26,271 nt of DNA from Ascoidea asiatica JCM 7603. Its lineage: Eukaryota; Fungi; Ascomycota. A program made the position numbers and the translations under genes. How positions within the stretch are numbered: the first letter of the stretch is position 1; each line of letters begins with the position of its first letter. The notes under the pieces were generated by a model that worked only from the letters and a program-made list of their open reading frames with translations, did not search any database and had not been told where the DNA came from. The stretch spans positions 2,077,577-2,103,847 of the forward strand of contig BCKQ01000002.1 in NCBI GenBank assembly GCA_001600695.1, written 5' to 3'. Shown here piece by piece: positions 17,786 through 26,271 of this stretch.

Positions 17786-19468
17786 TTATTTCGCAACCTT
17801 AACCCATCTTTTAACTTTAAGACCATCTTTTTGAATTTCATTAACTGGACGAAGGTCATATTTACCTAAAAAGGGAAGTAATTTAAAAAAAACCAACCAA
17901 TGACCGATAAAAAATCCTATTAAAATCAAACCCATTATAGAATAACTTGGAAATCCAGGAATTTTATTATTATCATTATCTTTTGCCATAAATGGAGATA
18001 TAAGTAACATTGTTGATACAAAAATTGTTATAATAATTGAAAAATAATTTGTTTTTGGACCTTTTCTAAGTTCTCCTTCAGTTTCAATGATTCTTTTTCT
18101 TAAAATTATAATTCCATATGCTGTCATTATCATAAATATTTGAGGAATATAAATTTCTAAATTAACAATATAATTATAAATATTTGCATCTGCAGAAGGT
18201 ACAATCATAAAAAAAGCTGTTATTAAAAATGATAATATTAATGCAGGAAATGGTGCACCAAATGGTTTATTTGATGCCATAAAAGAAGAAAATGGTAAAT
18301 AACCTTCTCTAAAAACTTCTTGACTCATTCTTGAAATTGCATATAAAACAACAAAAACATTTCCACCTGCAGATAATGCAACAGACATTGTTAAAAGTTG
18401 TCTACCAATTTTATAACCAAAAATTTTTTGAAATAATAATGAACCAATTAATTGACCAGAATTATAAATTTCTTCATGTGGTATAACTTTTAAATATGCA
18501 ATATTAACAAAAATATATGAGATTAAAACAATTATTAATGATACAGGACCTGCAATATTTAAAGTTCTTATTGGATCTTTAATTTCAGAAGCAACAGTAT
18601 GAACATTACTCCAACCACCAAAAGCAAAAATTGCTTGAAGTACAGCAGAAGAAAATGAAGAAATTGTTACTTCTCTTTCAGTTTTAAAAAAACTATTCCA
18701 TTTTAATTGATTATCAATTTTAGAAATTGAAGATGGTAAAATTAATACAAAAAATCCAGTTATTGCCATAAGAGATAATAAAATTAATTTTAAAAAACCA
18801 AAAAAACTATTGAAGGCAATACCCATTTTTACAGAATATCCATGAATTAAAACTGCAATTGAAACAAATACCACACCAACATATCTTGAAGCCATACCAT
18901 CAGTAATTTTAGAATCACCATAAATACTATAAAGAAAATAATCACCAAAAATTATTGCATTTGAAATTACAAAACCAAATAATATTGAATATATACCAAA
19001 AATTACACTAATGAAATATTTTGGTTTATTATAAATAACTTCTAAGAAAACTTTTGTACCACCAGATCTAGGCATTAAAGAACCTAATTCCATATATATA
19101 GATAAACCACAAAATGCTAATAAAGCACCTAAAATCCAAGCTAAAAAAAATAAAGATGGACAACCACCACAACTTAAAAATATTCCAGAACCTACAGCAA
19201 ATATTCCAGAACCAATAATTCTTGAAATAAACATAAAAATAGTAGCCCAAAGGCCTAAATGTCTTCCTTGTGGTAATTCTTCTTGTGAATAAAGATTAAA
19301 GTCATCATTTTCATTTGAATTTTGATTATTATTATCATAATTTTGATTATTTGAAGAATTATATGGATGTATTGAAGTTAATGTAGTTGATGAAATAGAA
19401 GGTATTGAACCATAAGATATTCTAGTTGAATTTGAATCTTTTAATGGTTTTATTATTGAATCATTCAT
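17786..19468 (-). CDS. MUP3: LAT/APC-family amino-acid permease, Mup3-like low-affinity methionine permease. Probable start ATG 19468
   Basis: PQGRHLG...F.SRIIGSGIFAV, ELGS..P.SGG.K.FLE, LIHG.SV, FAFGGW, about 12 TM segments; these match the Mup3 N-terminal signature. Confidence 0.85.
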   Translation of the reverse strand: MNDSIIKPLKDSNSTRISYGSIPSISSTTLTSIHPYNSSNNQNYDNNNQNSNENDDFNLYSQEELPQGRHLGLWATIFMFISRIIGSGIFAVGSGIFLSCGGCPSLFFLAWILGALLAFCGLSIYMELGSLMPRSGGTKVFLEVIYNKPKYFISVIFGIYSILFGFVISNAIIFGDYFLYSIYGDSKITDGMASRYVGVVFVSIAVLIHGYSVKMGIAFNSFFGFLKLILLSLMAITGFFVLILPSSISKIDNQLKWNSFFKTEREVTISSFSSAVLQAIFAFGGWSNVHTVASEIKDPIRTLNIAGPVSLIIVLISYIFVNIAYLKVIPHEEIYNSGQLIGSLLFQKIFGYKIGRQLLTMSVALSAGGNVFVVLYAISRMSQEVFREGYLPFSSFMASNKPFGAPFPALILSFLITAFFMIVPSADANIYNYIVNLEIYIPQIFMIMTAYGIIILRKRIIETEGELRKGPKTNYFSIIITIFVSTMLLISPFMAKDNDNNKIPGFPSYSIMGLILIGFFIGHWLVFFKLLPFLGKYDLRPVNEIQKDGLKVKRWVKVAK

Positions 19469-19721
19469 AGTTGACAATTTTTTTAGAATTAATTTTAAAA
19501 TATACTTTAGGTTATACTGTAGAAGCTCAGCAATTATAGAATTTCAATAAGAGTTTGAATGTTTAAACATTTTCAAGGAAATAAACAAATAAAAATAAAA
19601 AGAAAGAAAGAGAGAAAGAAGAAAAGATATATTTAATAAAGAAGTTGTCTCTGATTATTTATTATATTTTGATTTACAGTCTCGGTACTTTTAGAATATT
19701 TTATAAATTCAATTGAGAGAA

Positions 19722-19830
19722 GATAAGAGAAAAGCACTTAATTTCTGCTGATAAGGCATAATTAGATAATTAGATACTGAAATGGATTTATTTCACTTCC
19801 GCCATAGTGAAAAAGCTGTGAATTGTCACG
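19722..19830. promoter_or_regulatory. GATA (nitrogen catabolite repression) sites and degenerate Met31/32-like sites upstream of MUP3
   Basis: GATAAG 19722-19727 and 19750-19755; GATAA 19765-19769; CGCCATAGT and AAGCTGTG near 19800-19820 resemble AAACTGTGGC. Confidence 0.4.
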
Positions 19831-20017
19831 GACGGCAATATTTTTTCATTCAATTTTTTATATCAAAGATTCTTTGTAGTTTTTACTCCTTGGTGAGTTG
19901 GAAGAGAAAGAAAAGAGATGAAGTGAAGTATATACTGTATGATATATATATAATGTGAACTATATTGAGGCAGGTAGGAAATGTAGGATATAAGATGAAA
20001 GTTATAAGATATATAGG

Positions 20018-21085
20018 CTATCGGAGACCTTTCTTTTTTGGTTTGATTTCATCATCTTGAACAGGATGTAATTTTACTAGATTTGGTAAACCAGGTTTAT
20101 TATAAGTATAACCCTTTGACCAATCATAACTTAAAGCATAAGCTAATATTGTACCATCAGCATTAAAATCAGTTGCAACAACAGAAGAATTTAAACCAAT
20201 AATTTGTTTTAATTTATGTTTTTGATCTTTATCCCAAAATTGAATTGAACCATCAGAACCACCAGTACAAAAAGTACTACCATAAATTGGATGTACAGAT
20301 AATGAATTTACAGAAAATACTTTTGCTTGTTTACCATTAGTTTCTCTATGACATTTAAAAGTCATATCACCACGTTTATCAGATTCTTTTATATATCTTA
20401 CACCACATCTACCTTCTATAGAGACTATTGCAAAACCATTACCTTGATTAAAACAAGCTATATCTCTTGGTTGAAATTTTAATGGAGAAGCCATTTCTAT
20501 AGCAATATTAGTTGGATTATCTAAATCTATAATTGAAATTTTTTTATCAGCAGTTGCTGCAACTAATAATTTTTCTTTAACATCCATTGTATATATTCTT
20601 TCATTTAAAACTAATTTTGAAATTGGAGTTGGAGATCTTGTATCCCAATATTTTATAGATTTATCCCAAGAACCAGAAACTATAACAGGAGTATTTGTTG
20701 GACCACATTCTGCAAATCTTACACTTTTTACAGGAGCATCATGTATACCAATTTGTTGAGCTTGACCAACAGAAACATCATATAATTTTACAGTATTATC
20801 ACAAGAACCACTTATAATTTTTGTACCATCTTTTGTCCAACGTACAGATAAAACTGGAGCTTCATGAGTAAACATTGCTTTTCCTTGACAAGTTCCATTA
20901 CTAAATACTTCATAGATTCTAACTTTATTATCCCAAGAAGAAACTGCAAGAAAATTCTGAGAAGGAATTGTAGAAAATGCTAAATCAGATATTGAATCTT
21001 CTGGTGGATCAGAAACTGTTATATCTTTTGAAATATCGGAAGAATTTGAAGCTGGTGCAGAAGGTTTAGTTGAAAAAAACGACAT
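20018..21085 (-). CDS. GLE2: WD40 mRNA export factor Gle2/Rae1. Probable start ATG 21085
   Basis: PPEDSISDLAFS, SSWDNKVRIYE, GSWDKSIKYWD.R, SPLKFQ.R, SIEGRC, FKCHR, FWDKD, AYALSYDWSKG. Confidence 0.95.
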   Translation of the reverse strand: MSFFSTKPSAPASNSSDISKDITVSDPPEDSISDLAFSTIPSQNFLAVSSWDNKVRIYEVFSNGTCQGKAMFTHEAPVLSVRWTKDGTKIISGSCDNTVKLYDVSVGQAQQIGIHDAPVKSVRFAECGPTNTPVIVSGSWDKSIKYWDTRSPTPISKLVLNERIYTMDVKEKLLVAATADKKISIIDLDNPTNIAIEMASPLKFQPRDIACFNQGNGFAIVSIEGRCGVRYIKESDKRGDMTFKCHRETNGKQAKVFSVNSLSVHPIYGSTFCTGGSDGSIQFWDKDQKHKLKQIIGLNSSVVATDFNADGTILAYALSYDWSKGYTYNKPGLPNLVKLHPVQDDEIKPKKKGLR

Positions 21086-21220
21086 ATTTGACAATAAGAT
21101 GAAAAAAATTAACTTCTATTTCTGCTTAATAGCCTTCAATTCTTATTACTATCTATCAATTACTTTCCAGTTTGATTCGAGATTTAATGATAATTCTTTC
21201 TTGTTGCTTTTATCCTTTTG

Positions 21221-21264
21221 TTTCTGTTTTCTGTTTTCTGTTTCTGTTTCTGTTTCTGTTTCTG
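21221..21264. repeat. (TTTCTG)n microsatellite upstream of GLE2
   Basis: About 7 imperfect units, directly visible. It accounts for the spurious ETETET/SVSVSV ORFs. Confidence 0.85.
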
Positions 21265-21284
21265 CTTTGTTTTTTCTTTCGTCT

Positions 21285-21482
21285 CTGAGACCAGAAAAAT
21301 GAAAATGTTTCTGGAACTTGCAGAACCACCGCCATGGATTTTTCAAGTACAGCGCTGAAGTAATAAGCGCTAAACCGGTTCTGCGTTGATTACTACAAGT
21401 TTCCTAATTAGGACGTATTGCTTTTAATGTGGCTGGTGACCTTACAATCTTTTCTTGGAGTGCTCCGTGTTTCTGGTCTCAG
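21285..21482. repeat. 198-bp segment bounded by a perfect 13-bp inverted repeat
   Basis: CTGAGACCAGAAA 21285-21297 and TTTCTGGTCTCAG 21470-21482. Confidence 0.85.
21400..21414. promoter_or_regulatory. Mcm1 (MADS-box) site, near-perfect P(PAL)
   Basis: TTTCCTAATTAGGAC; core CCTAATTAGG at 21403-21412. Confidence 0.65.
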
Positions 21483-21631
21483 TTCTGTTTTCTCTCATTT
21501 CCAGTGTGAGATAAGCGCTTCTGCAGCGAGGAAAGCCGATGAATTGAGGATAAACCAAACACAGGCACTTTATGCTTCAATTCGACAAAGGTATTCATTC
21601 TATCAATAATCTGTAATCAGTCAGATATCAA

Positions 21632-21666
21632 ATATATTCATATACTCATATACTCATATATTCATA
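21632..21666. repeat. 8-bp tandem repeat (ATATAYTC)x4
   Basis: atatattc atatactc atatactc atatattc ata. Confidence 0.75.
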
Positions 21667-21867
21667 GATACAAATATGATACAAGACTTATGATAGAGGA
21701 GTGATTTAGAAGAGAAGAGTAAAGAGAAGAGTTGATCAAAGACTATTCTCCAATTAAGATTTAATTTTGGGCTATTGTTTCTAATGGACTTTTCACTCCT
21801 CAATTTCTCATTCAATTGATTCTCTTAATTCTTTAATCTATAATCCAGTTAAAAATAAAATTCAATA

Positions 21868-22980
21868 ATGATTGAAATTAATCTAAGATCCATATATAAG
21901 TTCATGAGAAATTCATTTAATAAAACAATTAAAAAGAATTATTCATGGTATTTTGGACTTTTTTTAATATTAATAGTGGTAATATTATGGGTATTATCTT
22001 CATTTTTAATAAATGAATTATTTTCAAAAGATTTATATAGAAAACCATTTTTTATAACATATTTAAATACTTCTGTATTTATATTTTATTTATTACCAAT
22101 TTTTTTAAAATTTGATAAAAAAAATATTAAAAATAATCAATTATCTTTTAATGAAACTTTTAAATTATCTTATCAATTTTGTTTATTATGGGTTTTAGCA
22201 AATTTATGTACAAATGCTTCTTTATCTTATACTTCAGTTTCATCTCAAACAGTTTTAACTTCAACTTCAAGTTTTTTTACTTTATTATTTGGTTTTTTAG
22301 TTGGAATTGAAAAAATAAATAATATTAAAGTTATCACTTTAATCATTTCTTTTATTTCTATTTCAATTATAACAAAATTAGATTCAAATTCAATCACTAA
22401 TATTAAAATTGATTCAAATTCATTTGGAAATTTATTTGGAAATTTTTTAGCTTTATTATCTGCAATAATTTATGGAATTTATTCAACTTTATTAAAAAAA
22501 AAAATAAATTTTAATAAAAATTTTAATATAAATTTATTTTTTGGTTTCATAGGTTTATTAAATTTAATTTTTTTATGGCCAATAATAATAATTTTAAATT
22601 TTTTAAATATTGAAAAATTTCAATTACCTTTATTAAATTCAATAAATTTTTTTAAAATTATTAAATTAATTTTTTTAAATTCTTTAATTTCATTTATTGC
22701 TGATTATTGTTGGGCAAAAGCAATATTATTAACAAATCCATTAATTGTAACTGTTGGTTTAACTTTAACTATACCATTAGCAATTTTTGGTGATTTAATT
22801 TTTAATTCAAATAATATAAATAATTCTAAAATTTATTATTTTTGTGCTTTTTTAATATGTGTTTCTTTTATAATTATAAATAAAACTGAAGAAAATGAAA
22901 TATTAACAGATCAAGAAGAAGAACATGAAGAAGAAGAAGAAGTAATAACTGAAAATGATTATTTAATTAATTCAAATTAA
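21868..22980 (+). CDS. DMT/EamA (SLC35F5-like) membrane transporter, YML018C/THI74 family. Start at 21868 or 21904
   Basis: VVILWVLSSFL, YRKPFFITYLNT, FCLLWVLAN..TNASL.YTSV.SQT.L.STSSFFTL, GNFLALLSA..YG.Y..LLK, FFGFIG, DYCWAKA.LLT.PL.VTVGL.LTIPLA..GD. Confidence 0.9.
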   Translation: MIEINLRSIYKFMRNSFNKTIKKNYSWYFGLFLILIVVILWVLSSFLINELFSKDLYRKPFFITYLNTSVFIFYLLPIFLKFDKKNIKNNQLSFNETFKLSYQFCLLWVLANLCTNASLSYTSVSSQTVLTSTSSFFTLLFGFLVGIEKINNIKVITLIISFISISIITKLDSNSITNIKIDSNSFGNLFGNFLALLSAIIYGIYSTLLKKKINFNKNFNINLFFGFIGLLNLIFLWPIIIILNFLNIEKFQLPLLNSINFFKIIKLIFLNSLISFIADYCWAKAILLTNPLIVTVGLTLTIPLAIFGDLIFNSNNINNSKIYYFCAFLICVSFIIINKTEENEILTDQEEEHEEEEEVITENDYLINSN

Positions 22981-23054
22981 TCTGAAAGAAAGTAAATTAA
23001 AATGTAAGTATATATATACAGTATATCATATATATATTATATTATTTATATTAT

Positions 23055-24158
23055 TTATATTAGTTTAATCATTGGAAATGGATATGAATGATCTTTTCTT
23101 AAAACAATAGATAATAATAAACTATACATCATAAAAATTAAAAATACATGAATTATAGTTATTAAACTTCTTCTATTTTCATTAATATTTTTTCTATTTG
23201 GAACATATAATATTAAAGAACAAATTAAACTTGATAATATAATATATAAAGATCCAATAATTATAATTTCAACACCAAATTGATATTGAGAACCACCAGA
23301 AATATAAATAAATTCATTTTTATCATTTTTTGTAATAAATGGTACAGATTTCATAAATGTAAACATATAACCAGAAATAAATAAAACAGTGAAAAAAATT
23401 GATAAAGTTTGCCAAACTTTACCAGATTTTATATTCTCAGAAATTTTTTTAAATCTTTTTTTAATAATTAAAATTATAAAAAAAATAATTAAAGAATATT
23501 TTAAAATTCCATTAAAATTTAATGGTTCTTTAATTAATAAATTAATTTGACAACAATCAGAAATAAATTTTGCAAAATTTAAAATATTTTTTGAATTTTT
23601 TTCATTAATTATATATGGAAAATGTTTTGAAGTTTTTAAATTATATTGTAAAAATAATTCATTATCATTTAAAATTTGATAAAATTTAATTTCATTTGGA
23701 TTTATATTTGGTGGTAAAATCCAAATATGAGGTACATTATTCATATTTAAATAATTAAATAATTTTTTATTATTTAAAAATTCTGCAATTGCAAAAAAAA
23801 TTTTATTATTTTCAGTTTCTTTATTAGAAATTAAAAATTGTTGATTATATGATATTGAAATTTTATTAAAAGTTGGTAAAAATTTTTTACATAAATCACA
23901 ATTTATTTTTGAATCAGTTGCAGTTAACATTAAAATTAAATAATGATCTCTTTTACCTTGTAATATTGATTCAAAATTTTTATCATTAATTTGAATTATA
24001 CCTAATGGAGATTCATTTCTTAATTTAATTAAATTTTCAGTTGAAATTGTATTTATTTTTTTATTTGAATTAGATATTGAAGATGATAAAGAACTTATAG
24101 ATATTAAATAATAATTGAATAAGATTAAAATCTTAAATATACTTGATTTTAATCTCAT
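23055..24158 (-). CDS. OST6: Oligosaccharyltransferase oxidoreductase subunit of the OST3/OST6 family, Ost6-like
   Basis: Signal peptide, thioredoxin-like lumenal domain with CDLC (CxxC) and VPH, four C-terminal TMs, SGYMF...PF...Y.SGG..YQFGVE, K..SYP. Convergent with a YML018C-like gene as in S. cerevisiae. Confidence 0.85.
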   Translation of the reverse strand: MRLKSSIFKILILFNYYLISISSLSSSISNSNKKINTISTENLIKLRNESPLGIIQINDKNFESILQGKRDHYLILMLTATDSKINCDLCKKFLPTFNKISISYNQQFLISNKETENNKIFFAIAEFLNNKKLFNYLNMNNVPHIWILPPNINPNEIKFYQILNDNELFLQYNLKTSKHFPYIINEKNSKNILNFAKFISDCCQINLLIKEPLNFNGILKYSLIIFFIILIIKKRFKKISENIKSGKVWQTLSIFFTVLFISGYMFTFMKSVPFITKNDKNEFIYISGGSQYQFGVEIIIIGSLYIILSSLICSLILYVPNRKNINENRRSLITIIHVFLIFMMYSLLLSIVLRKDHSYPFPMIKLI

Positions 24159-24468
24159 TTTGAAATATAAAAATTTAAAAAATATATTTTAGATTGATAA
24201 AAAAAAGAGATTGAGAGAATAAATTTAAAGAGTGAATAGAACAGTCAGAAAAGTGTTAATTTCCGAGCATTTGAAGTATCTGAGATATCTATGATATCTG
24301 AATTATCTTATTATTTAGGTTACTTAGTTATTTTATTATATTCTTGTGATTATTGATATTCAATTACCAATTCTTTCATCATCAATATTATCATTCCAAT
24401 ATAATTTCACCATTTTCAAATCCAAAAACAAAGCTCTCAGAGAATAAAGCTTTATTCAGATTCAAAAA

Positions 24469-24653
24469 AGACGTGAGCTTTCTTAACACTTACGTTTCAC
24501 GGTCTCAAGCACCGCCACAACAGCTCAGCCACATTAAGGTTTCGTCCTCAATACGTGGCTTCAAACGAGGTCTGGATACCGGGGTCTGAAACAACTGCAA
24601 AAAGGGTTTGCAGCTCAGACCTCGGCCGTGGAAATGGGCCAGTGAATTGGCTC
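24469..24653. promoter_or_regulatory. GC-enriched, strongly self-complementary island upstream of OST6 containing a UPRE-like TACGTGG
   Basis: TACGTGG 24552-24558; several hairpins (see findings). Confidence 0.45.
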
Positions 24654-24678
24654 GTTTGTTTCGTTTGTTTCGTTTGTT
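24652..24678. repeat. (TCGTTTGTT)x3 perfect tandem repeat
   Basis: Directly visible. Confidence 0.85.
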
Positions 24679-24909
24679 TTCTTTCAGATTGTGCTTTTAC
24701 GTATCTTGCTTCTTTAAAATAGGAATTTATCTTTGTTTTGATTGAAAGTGAAATATGTATGTAAATATCAAGGTTAAAATAAGAAAGGTGTTTAAAAGAG
24801 AATTGAAAGAAGTAAAAAAAACATTGAAGAGGAATAATAATGATTATAAAAAAAAGTCAACAGGAAAGAAGAGGATTTTAGAAAAAACAATTGAGAAGAG
24901 TAACTGATC

Positions 24910-25110
24910 TTAACAACCACCACCACCTCCTCCTCCTCCATCACCTCCTCCTCCTCCATGGCCACCACCATCATAACCACCATAGGGGCCTCCATAACTG
25001 TAGTAATTGCCAGACCCTTTACCTCCATAACGTTTTTTATTCAATTTTTTTTCATGCTTGCTATGAGAAGTCTTTTCAGGTCTAGAAGATTTTGAAGCTG
25101 AACATCCCAT
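24910..25110 (-). CDS. 66-aa microprotein: N-terminal MGCxxSK myristoylation/palmitoylation motif, basic linker, Tyr/Gly-rich tail ending GGGC
   Basis: ATG in good context (ttaacaATGg). Gly encoded by GGT/GGA as in host genes. Coherent modular composition, and more than 1 kb of ORF-free upstream region. Confidence 0.65.
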   Translation of the reverse strand: MGCSASKSSRPEKTSHSKHEKKLNKKRYGGKGSGNYYSYGGPYGGYDGGGHGGGGGDGGGGGGGGC

Positions 25111-25147
25111 TGTTAAACTATATTATTTTTATATCTGTTACTGCTTT

Positions 25148-25171
25148 GATTATGATTATGATTATGATTAT
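25148..25171. repeat. (GATTAT)x4 microsatellite
   Basis: Directly visible, just upstream of the microprotein ATG. Confidence 0.8.
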
Positions 25172-26271
25172 TGAAAATTCAGTTCTTTAATTTTAGTAAA
25201 TTGTTCACCGAATTGAGTATAATTTTTATCTTGATTTCTTTCAAAAAAAACAGAAAAAATTATCCTTTTTCAAAAATTAGAATAAAGAAATCTATCAGTC
25301 TTTATATATTGAATGTATATTTGAATCAGTTTCAAAATCACTTTATTTTAAATTATTTTTCTTCAAAAAAATTCAAATCAATTTGTTCCGAAAAGTATTA
25401 TATTATTGAAAGACAACATAGCCTAAATTCTAATCAACTATTTTCCATATATTCTTTCAAACTTCGCCTTCCTTAAGTGATATTTATTAAACAAAATTTG
25501 AATGCCGTATATTTGATAACATTACATTATCCAATATCCCTATTCATTTATATTCAAATCCAGGACCTAGAATGCTTTTTGAGTGCAATATTAAGTATAT
25601 ACCAGAAAATAAATGTCTAAAATTTCAAAATGACGCAATTCATACTTTAAATTTCAAACTGGAGTATACTAAAAGGTTCCCTAATTCTGGTATGGGAATT
25701 TTATTAAGAAAACATTTATCATGACATAAAGTATCTTTTTAAAGAAAAGAAAATACCCCATGATTCAATATTGACAATAGATATAATATAAATTATAAAT
25801 TAAAAAAATATTATTTTGACTATGATGTATTCTGTAAGAAATGAGGCGTAGTTCAGAATAATTTTCAACACTTTTCTTTTATTGAGAAAAGCTTCGAAGT
25901 TTTATTCAAAAAACATAAAAACTTTTAGTTCAAATCAATTTCTCGGTACAATTTTTGGAAGTTGAAATAAATTCAGCCACAAAACAACAACAGAGAATTT
26001 AGGATTTAGGTCAATTCCGGGATATTATTCCCTGATGTGGCTTGTTTGGGGTCGTGAATGGTCGGATCTCATATTACAATCTTAAAAAAAGGTTCGTTTT
26101 CAAAGGGAAATCATTGCACCTGAGAAGATTGGATATTTTGTATTTTGACACAATTTAGTAGAAAAAAAGTTATTCAAACATTTTCAAACTTACAAGAAAA
26201 CATATTAATGAGTTTCTCAATAGTTTAATATATATTTTTTTAAATTTCAGGTAATATTAAAGCAAATATTT

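Noticed and set aside
21099-21609. Short ORFs with ETETET / SVSVSV repeats and ORF 21418-21609
   Set aside because: Produced by the (TTTCTG)n microsatellite and the GC-rich promoter island.
24486-24495. ACACTTACGT as a U1-like 5' end of the structured island
   Set aside because: Mismatch in the splice-site-pairing sequence, no loop I motif, and no Sm site after the closing helix.
24792-25085. Alternate-frame poly-Glu/Val ORF (-) and poly-His ORF (+)
   Set aside because: Frame shadows of the GGT/GGA poly-Gly tract of the 66-aa ORF, which has the better start context and a coherent motif.
1-26271. tRNA, rRNA, LTR/transposase or CRISPR features
   Set aside because: No cloverleaf with A/B boxes, rRNA-like sequence, TG...CA LTR pair or repeat-spacer array was recognised.

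Overview
Very AT-rich, gene-dense, apparently intron-free eukaryotic DNA from a budding yeast (Saccharomycotina). Composition, Asn/Ser-rich low-complexity tracts and near-absence of in-frame CTG would fit the Ascoidea/Saccharomycopsis lineage, but that is inference. In order, the window holds: a truncated unknown gene (-), an NTF2/SnoaL-like protein (-), a divergent Cbk1/NDR kinase (+), a conserved-looking unknown protein with Ndt80/MSE-type sites upstream (+), PMT1-type O-mannosyltransferase (+), condensin subunit YCG1 (-), an Ina17-like mitochondrial protein (+), a GRE2-family reductase (-), MUP3-like permease (-), GLE2/RAE1 (-), a YML018C/THI74-like transporter (+) convergent with OST6 (-), and a 66-aa Gly-rich microprotein with an MGCxxSK acylation motif (-). 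No tRNA, rRNA, transposase or CRISPR was seen. The most interesting unexplained signals are non-coding. Short GC-enriched intergenic islands repeatedly contain locus-specific 9-13 bp inverted repeats and nested hairpins (about 2.6, 7.4, 21.3-21.5 and 24.5-24.65 kb). A candidate ncRNA lies at about 17.2-17.75 kb, with telomere-like/Tbf1-like C-rich repeats, long-range stems and an Sm-like site. All calls are by eye; no searches or folding programs were run.
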